A DNA stretch of 64,000 nt from an uncultured Planctomycetaceae bacterium (lineage in GTDB: Bacteria > Planctomycetota > PLA2). Below the pieces are notes generated by a model. The model was not told the DNA's origin, ran no database searches, and saw only the letters and a list, made by a program, of their open reading frames with translations. Position 1 is the stretch's first letter; each line of letters opens with the position of its first letter. The stretch is taken from positions 75,365 to 139,364 of the forward strand of contig CAZMXP010000004.1 of the NCBI GenBank assembly GCA_964570285.1, read 5' to 3'. Made by a program: the position numbers and the translations under genes. Below are positions 57,874-64,000 of the stretch, in pieces.

Positions 57874-59598
57874 TCACGCCTCGCCGGGTCGCGGGTCGGG
57901 CTCGTGGACCACATCGGCGCGGTAGACGTTCTCGAGGCGCGTGAAGCGGTCGATCCAGCAGTGCGAGACCGGATAGGGGCCGACCATCTCGCGCACGGCG
58001 GGCTGCGTGTTGCCATGCTCGCCGCGGCCGGTGAGAAGCGTTCGCCGCAAGAGGTCGGGGTCCTGCGAGAAGTAGACCATGCGGTCCCCGGTGACACGGC
58101 GGGAGTGGATGCGATTGCCGAAATCGCCGGTGCCCTCGGGGTCGAAGAGGCTGCACCAGAGGGCATCCCCCTCCGCCGTGAAGACGAGGCGTCCCTCGCG
58201 GTAGGGCTCATCGCAGCAGGCGTTCTGGTCGTCGGCGGCCCAGCGCGCCGCGTCCTGCTCGCAGTCGGCCCGCGTCAACAGCTTGATGAGTCCGCGCCCG
58301 AGCAGCGAGTCGATCGCCGCGGCGTACTCCGGGTGCGTTCCGCGCATCGCGACGCCTTTTGCGTGGGAGGCGGTCCAGTGGCGATCCACCGGAGGCAGTA
58401 GGCTGATCGAGGCCATCACGGAGTACTCGAACTCGCTCAGTCCCGCCTCCGCCGCCCTCACAGCGGGCGGATGGGGCGGGAGGTCGAGTTCGAGCTCGAC
58501 AACCCACGTCTCGGGCACGAGGTCGTAGGGGTGGGGCCGGTGGGGGCCGCCGGGCCGGATCGTGCCGGGATGGACCGCCGTCGCGCGGCGGGGCGCGTGT
58601 TTCATCGGATCTTCGAGGGCGCGCTCGAGATCCTCACGTCGCACCGCCCGCAGGCGACGGTCGCCCGACGCCATGTGCTGGTTCCAGACGACGCCGTCGA
58701 ACCGCGTGCCCCCCCGCGCCGCGGCGATCTGCCCCTCGAGCAGGACGAGCAGGCGCGCGCCGAGACGCGTCAGCTCGACCCGGCCCGGGTGGCAGTACCG
58801 GAACGGTTCGTCGAAGCGGGTCGACACCTGAAGAAGCCGCTTCGCGCACAACTGTTCGAGCGCGCGTTGCGCCTCAGGAAGGTCGAAGCTGCCCATCGGA
58901 TCCAGGTCCCCTTTCCAGACGGCGTGTTCGGCGAGCCCGCGATGGGCGAGCCGGTCGTAGGCGGTGCGCAGGATCCAGAACTCGGCGACGGTGATCCTGT
59001 GCCGCGTGAGGATCGCCAGCGCCCGCTTGGACTCCTCCGTGGGCCGGCCGCGGCGGCGCACATCGGCGCGCCAGCCGCGCGGCAGCGCGAGCAGGCGGTG
59101 CAGCCACCAGCGGCCGACGCGGCGGGGGCCCTCGATCTCGATGACAAGCCCGGCCTGCTCGCTCGCGCTCCGTTCCGCGCGCAGCCATCGCAGCAGCGTC
59201 GCCTTGCGCGTCGTGATGATCGTGTGATGGGTCGCCCCGCGCCTCCGCAGGCCGACGAACCCCCCCCGCGGCCCCCCGACTTCACGCGCGAGAGCGGCGA
59301 TCCCCTCCTCCGTGAGATCCAGGAACCCCTTCTCGTAGCGCTGCGAGCTGCACACCTCGTCCTGATCGCCCTGCCAGCGGAGGGCATCATCGGCCGCATC
59401 CTCGGCGGTCAGCACCCGCACGAGGCCCTGCTCGATGCAGCGGCTCACCGTGTCGTCGCGATCCCGCCAGCGCGGGTCCGGCACATAGCGGAACGAGCGG
59501 TGGGCGACAGTCGTCGCATCCTGCGGCCCCTCGCGGAAGAGCGCGAGGAGCACCGCCAGTTCGGCCTGCCTGCGTGAGGGCAGTCGGCTGCCCGTCAC
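57874..59598 (-). CDS. Hypothetical protein built from three copies of an unrecognised about 180-aa domain
   Basis: C-terminal 574 aa of track ORF 57874..60759 read as protein-like; internal repeats are visible by eye; start uncertain. Confidence 0.7.
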   Translation of the reverse strand: MTGSRLPSRRQAELAVLLALFREGPQDATTVAHRSFRYVPDPRWRDRDDTVSRCIEQGLVRVLTAEDAADDALRWQGDQDEVCSSQRYEKGFLDLTEEGIAALAREVGGPRGGFVGLRRRGATHHTIITTRKATLLRWLRAERSASEQAGLVIEIEGPRRVGRWWLHRLLALPRGWRADVRRRGRPTEESKRALAILTRHRITVAEFWILRTAYDRLAHRGLAEHAVWKGDLDPMGSFDLPEAQRALEQLCAKRLLQVSTRFDEPFRYCHPGRVELTRLGARLLVLLEGQIAAARGGTRFDGVVWNQHMASGDRRLRAVRREDLERALEDPMKHAPRRATAVHPGTIRPGGPHRPHPYDLVPETWVVELELDLPPHPPAVRAAEAGLSEFEYSVMASISLLPPVDRHWTASHAKGVAMRGTHPEYAAAIDSLLGRGLIKLLTRADCEQDAARWAADDQNACCDEPYREGRLVFTAEGDALWCSLFDPEGTGDFGNRIHSRRVTGDRMVYFSQDPDLLRRTLLTGRGEHGNTQPAVREMVGPYPVSHCWIDRFTRLENVYRADVVHEPDPRPGEA

Positions 59599-59642
59599 GG
59601 CCGGTTCGAGGTCGTGGCCTCCTGGGTCATGGTTCGCCCATC

Positions 59643-60869
59643 CTACCTGCCCGCCACCTCGTCCGCCGCCTTCCACACCTCGCCGAGGCACGACGAGTGG
59701 CCGACGCCGGGAAGCATCGTGCGGCGCACGCGGGTGAAGCCGAGGGCTTCGAGCGCCTTCACCCCGGCGTCGGTCTGCGGCTCGATGCCGGGCATCTCCT
59801 TGTTGCCGTGCGTGAACTCGCGGTGGGGGTCCTTCTCGCCGGTCACGATGAAGACCGGCGGGCCTCCCCCCTCCACCGGCTTCGCGTCTCGGAAGCCGAG
59901 GCCGCTGAAGTTCGCGCAGGCGGGCACCGCGAAGCGCACGCGTGCGGGGTGCAGCGCCGTCATCGCGTAGGTGAGGTTGCCGCCGCCGGAGAAGCCGGTG
60001 ATGCCGATCTGCTCGGCGGCGCCGTAGCGCTCCCTCAGCACGGCGAGCAGCCCGAGCAGCCCCTCCACGTCGAAGCCGATGCGGTCCCGGTTGCCCGCCT
60101 CCAGCGTCGCGGCGTCGTAGAAGGGGTACTGCGCCGGCAGCAGTTCGTTCGTGTTGCTGAGCGAGCAGGGCGCGAGCACGATCCACGGGCGCGATCCGCG
60201 CGAGTCCCTCGCGCCGCGGGCGGCGCCGAGGAAGTTCGAGCCGGCGCCGTCCACCGTGACGAGCACCGGCCACTCGCCCTTCCGCTTCCAGCCCTTCGGC
60301 AGCGACACGTAGCCCACCATCGGGTGGCCGGGCGCCTTCACCACCGCGACGTCGTCGAGCGCGAGGTCGCGCTCGATCGCGTCGTAGTCGCCCTTCGGGT
60401 CGATCTCGCGCAGCCGCGCGAGGATGCGGCCGGCGGCGTCCGCCTTCGCCTTGTTGCCCGCGTACTGCTTCGCGCGGGCGGCGAGCTTGCCGAGGCGCGC
60501 CTTGCCCGGCTCGAGTTCGGCGGCGCGCAGCAGGTAGCCGTCGGCCTTCGCTTCGTCGTCCACCGCCTTCGCGAGCTGCTCGAAGAGCTTGGCACCCTCC
60601 GCGTGCGCGCGCTTCCGCCGCGCGTCGAGGTCCGGGTCCGCCTCCGCCTGCTCGAGCGCCTCGATCTCCGCGGCGAGAGGTTCGACCGGAGCGCCGAGCT
60701 CCCGCGCCACCGCGAGCGCCCGCTCCGCCTCGCCCTTCTGCCCCTTCTCCTTCAGCCACTGCGCGAAGTCGACGAAGACGAGCGCCGCCTTGTCCCGGAG
60801 CTTCGCCTCGGCATCGGGCTTCGCGCCGGCGAGCAGGACCAACACCAACACCACCGGGATCGCCCTCAT
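59643..60869 (-). CDS. Secreted alpha/beta-hydrolase (esterase-like) with N-terminal helical domain
   Basis: Signal peptide MRAIPVVLVLVLLAG; WPVLVTVDGAG; nucleophile elbow ITGFSGGG; TGEKDP; PGVGH. Confidence 0.82.
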   Translation of the reverse strand: MRAIPVVLVLVLLAGAKPDAEAKLRDKAALVFVDFAQWLKEKGQKGEAERALAVARELGAPVEPLAAEIEALEQAEADPDLDARRKRAHAEGAKLFEQLAKAVDDEAKADGYLLRAAELEPGKARLGKLAARAKQYAGNKAKADAAGRILARLREIDPKGDYDAIERDLALDDVAVVKAPGHPMVGYVSLPKGWKRKGEWPVLVTVDGAGSNFLGAARGARDSRGSRPWIVLAPCSLSNTNELLPAQYPFYDAATLEAGNRDRIGFDVEGLLGLLAVLRERYGAAEQIGITGFSGGGNLTYAMTALHPARVRFAVPACANFSGLGFRDAKPVEGGGPPVFIVTGEKDPHREFTHGNKEMPGIEPQTDAGVKALEALGFTRVRRTMLPGVGHSSCLGEVWKAADEVAGR

Positions 60870-60882
60870 CCCGCCAGTATAG

Positions 60883-60919
60883 TGAAAACCGGGGGGGCCC
60901 TGGGGGCCCCCGGTTTTCA
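60883..60919. terminator. Hairpin terminator downstream of the porin gene
   Basis: TGAAAACCGGGGG ... CCCCCGGTTTTCA. Confidence 0.65.
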
Positions 60920-62320
60920 TCAGAAGTTGACTGAGGTCCAGAAGTTGAACCGGAGCATGTTGCCGAGGCCGTTCGTGCCCGCGTACTGCGTCTCCCAGAA
61001 GATCACGTCGAAGGCCGAGACGAGGTTCTTCGACCACTGGTAGCGCGTGCCGACGTAGCCCGAGCAGTTGAGGTTCGGGCTGCTGCCGCCGACGTCGGCG
61101 TTGTCGGGATCGTCGATCGAGCCGCCGAGCAGGAAGGTCCAATGGTCGTCGTGCTTGTACTGCCCCTCGATCCAGCCGCCCCAGCCCTCGATCTCCTTCC
61201 CGGTCGTCGAGTTGATCACGAGGCCGATGTTGCCGCGGTGGTCGCCGAGCGCCTGGCCGGTCCAGATCTCGCCCATGACGAAGACCTTGGCGCCGACCGG
61301 CACCTTGAAGTCGAGGCCGATGGCCCAGAAGGTCCACTCGTTCTCGCCGCCGAAGAGCGCATCCGTCTCGAGCTTGCCCGCGATGCCCATCACGGCGACG
61401 ACCCACGGCTTGCCCTCGACCCACGAGTCGCCGGAGTACTGCGCGCGCACCTGCGCGTGCGGAATCCCGGTGTCGAACCCGTCGCGCTCGTTGACGCTGA
61501 ACGGGGGCGCTCCGGGCGGCGCGATCGCGGCGTCGAGGTCCTGGTTGTTGATCGCGCCGGTGAGGCCGAGCGCGACGGTGACCTCGAGCTTGCCCGACGC
61601 CTTGTAGGTGAACGCGATCATCGGGCGGCGGTCGCCGAGGTTGCCGTTGTTCCACATCAGCGTCTCGTTGTTGGCGCTCGGGAACATCGCCGACGCGATG
61701 TCCCAGTCCTGCCCCATCCGCAGCCGCCACTTCTCCGCCTCGATGTTGATGTAGGCGAGGCGGATGCGCGGCGTCTCGCGCGACTCGGGCACGCCGGCGG
61801 GGAAGTTCGCGAAGTCGGTCTCGAGCTTGGCCGTCACGGCCGAGCTTCCGACCTGCCCGAAGTTGAAGTTGAACCCGAGGCGCGTCAGGCGCGCGTCGAG
61901 CGCGAAGCTCTCGTTGTTGCTGTCGGCCTGGGAGCCGTTCTCCGCGGCAACCGTGAACGGGATGATGACGTTGCTCGCGCGGGCGGTGTCGAAGTAGAGG
62001 TCGAGACGCACGAAGCCGTAGAGTTCGAAAATCGCGCCCGCCTTCGTCGTGAGGCCGCCCTCGCCCGCGGCCTCGGCGCTGTTCGCGGCGAGGTACTGCT
62101 CGATCTCGGCGGAGAGGCGTCTCGCCCCCTCCTCGCGCATCCGCGACACCTCGTCGCGCAGCGTGTCGTTCTCCGACTCGCTCTTGCGCAGCCGGTCGAG
62201 GATCTCGCGGTTCTGCTGCTCGAGCGTCGACAGCCGCTCCTCGGTCCCCTCGCCGGCGGCTGCCGGCAGCCCGAGCGCCAGCAGCAGGGCGGCGGACGCC
62301 CCCAGGAATCTTCCAGACAT
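60920..62320 (-). CDS. DcaP-like outer-membrane beta-barrel with N-terminal coiled coil
   Basis: AGGAGG SD; signal peptide; coiled coil; FELYGFVRLDLYFD, ARLTRLG, KLETDF, PRIRLAY, MGQDW; terminal Phe. Confidence 0.78.
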   Translation of the reverse strand: MSGRFLGASAALLLALGLPAAAGEGTEERLSTLEQQNREILDRLRKSESENDTLRDEVSRMREEGARRLSAEIEQYLAANSAEAAGEGGLTTKAGAIFELYGFVRLDLYFDTARASNVIIPFTVAAENGSQADSNNESFALDARLTRLGFNFNFGQVGSSAVTAKLETDFANFPAGVPESRETPRIRLAYINIEAEKWRLRMGQDWDIASAMFPSANNETLMWNNGNLGDRRPMIAFTYKASGKLEVTVALGLTGAINNQDLDAAIAPPGAPPFSVNERDGFDTGIPHAQVRAQYSGDSWVEGKPWVVAVMGIAGKLETDALFGGENEWTFWAIGLDFKVPVGAKVFVMGEIWTGQALGDHRGNIGLVINSTTGKEIEGWGGWIEGQYKHDDHWTFLLGGSIDDPDNADVGGSSPNLNCSGYVGTRYQWSKNLVSAFDVIFWETQYAGTNGLGNMLRFNFWTSVNF

Positions 62321-62366
62321 GGGTCCTCCTCGTGCCCGCCGGCCGATCCGCCAGCGGGAGAGGGGG

Positions 62367-62395
62367 AGAATAGGAGCGCCATATACATCTGTCAA
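62367..62395 (-). promoter_or_regulatory. Consensus sigma70 promoter for the porin gene
   Basis: TTGACA-17 nt-TATTCT on the minus strand. Confidence 0.8.
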
Positions 62396-62423
62396 TCCGA
62401 TTTTTGATATCGAAATATACGAT
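62387..62423. promoter_or_regulatory. 11-bp-periodic LysR-type operator array
   Basis: ATCT-N7-CGAT-N7-ATCG-N7-CGAT overlapping the -35 box. Confidence 0.55.
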
Positions 62424-62519
62424 AAAAGTGGCCTGCCGGATCGGCCTTGGAGCGCTGGATACCCGGTTTTCGGCCCGCTTCCGTGGGAACCTCCCCTCCG
62501 TCTGGCGCGATTTGAGTTC

Positions 62520-62809
62520 ATGCCGAACCCGCGTGTCGTGCCCGGCCATCCCGACTCGCCCGGGGGATTCGGTGTCCGCGCCCAGGTGATCGGCCAGAGC
62601 TTCCACATCTACGTCCGGGTCGACTCCCTCGGTCCGCACGACCGCCTCGCCGTCGAGGACTGCCTCATCGAGGAGGCGCGAAGCCTCATCCGCAAGGCGG
62701 AGGGCGCGGGCAAGTTCGAGTGGGAGCGCTACGGATTCCGGCGCAACGCCGCCATCGGCACCTACGAACGCACGCTCTCCGCCCGCGAGGTGGACCACCT
62801 GGTGCGGGG

Positions 62810-62813
<4 letters not shown>
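62520..62813 (+). CDS. Small hypothetical protein (about 97 aa; start uncertain)
   Basis: 3' part of track ORF 62049..62813 has strongly host-like G/C third positions; converges on gcvP. Confidence 0.55.

Positions 62814-64000
<1,187 letters not shown>

Noticed and set aside
54590-59640. Genomic island integrated at tRNA-Gly
   Set aside because: Two core-like genes (M42 peptidase, galE) separate it from the tRNA, and no direct repeat of the tRNA 3' end or integrase was found. Only the compositional hint remains.
62501-62517. CTGGCGCGATTTGAG as a sigma54 promoter for the small gene
   Set aside because: There is no GC at the -12 position and it is too close to the proposed ATG.

Overview
Very GC-rich (about 70% or more by eye) bacterial chromosome segment. 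Its gene content (four Hanks-type Ser/Thr kinases, HEAT+VWA proteins, an MglA/MglB pair, an FHA-sigma54 activator, paired HtrA/PDZ proteins) suggests an uncultured Planctomycetota-like organism; this is inference, not a database result. Most of the window is housekeeping: glgA, ROK kinase, pyrD, purB, ftsK, thiD, trxA, galE, partial gcvP, tRNA-Ser(TGA) and tRNA-Gly(GCC). Most long ORFs in the supplied track are shadow ORFs on the wrong frame or strand. The best candidate for an undescribed system is 17.2-25.3 kb: an FHA-domain GAFTGA enhancer-binding protein, three closely related membrane Ser/Thr kinases, a TPR membrane protein and a PspA/ESCRT-III-like coiled-coil gene with an exact GG-N10-GC sigma54 promoter. 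This looks like a phosphorylation-wired Psp-like envelope-stress module. Other notable items are: a small phage-like relic downstream of tRNA-Ser with a perfect 24-bp inverted repeat; a membrane-anchored MglA with substituted catalytic residues; a stand-alone DUF2075-type nuclease-helicase; a protein made of three copies of an unrecognised domain; an 11-bp-periodic LysR-type operator over a consensus sigma70 promoter; and many apparently leaderless genes. No CRISPR array, rRNA, integrase or transposase was found.
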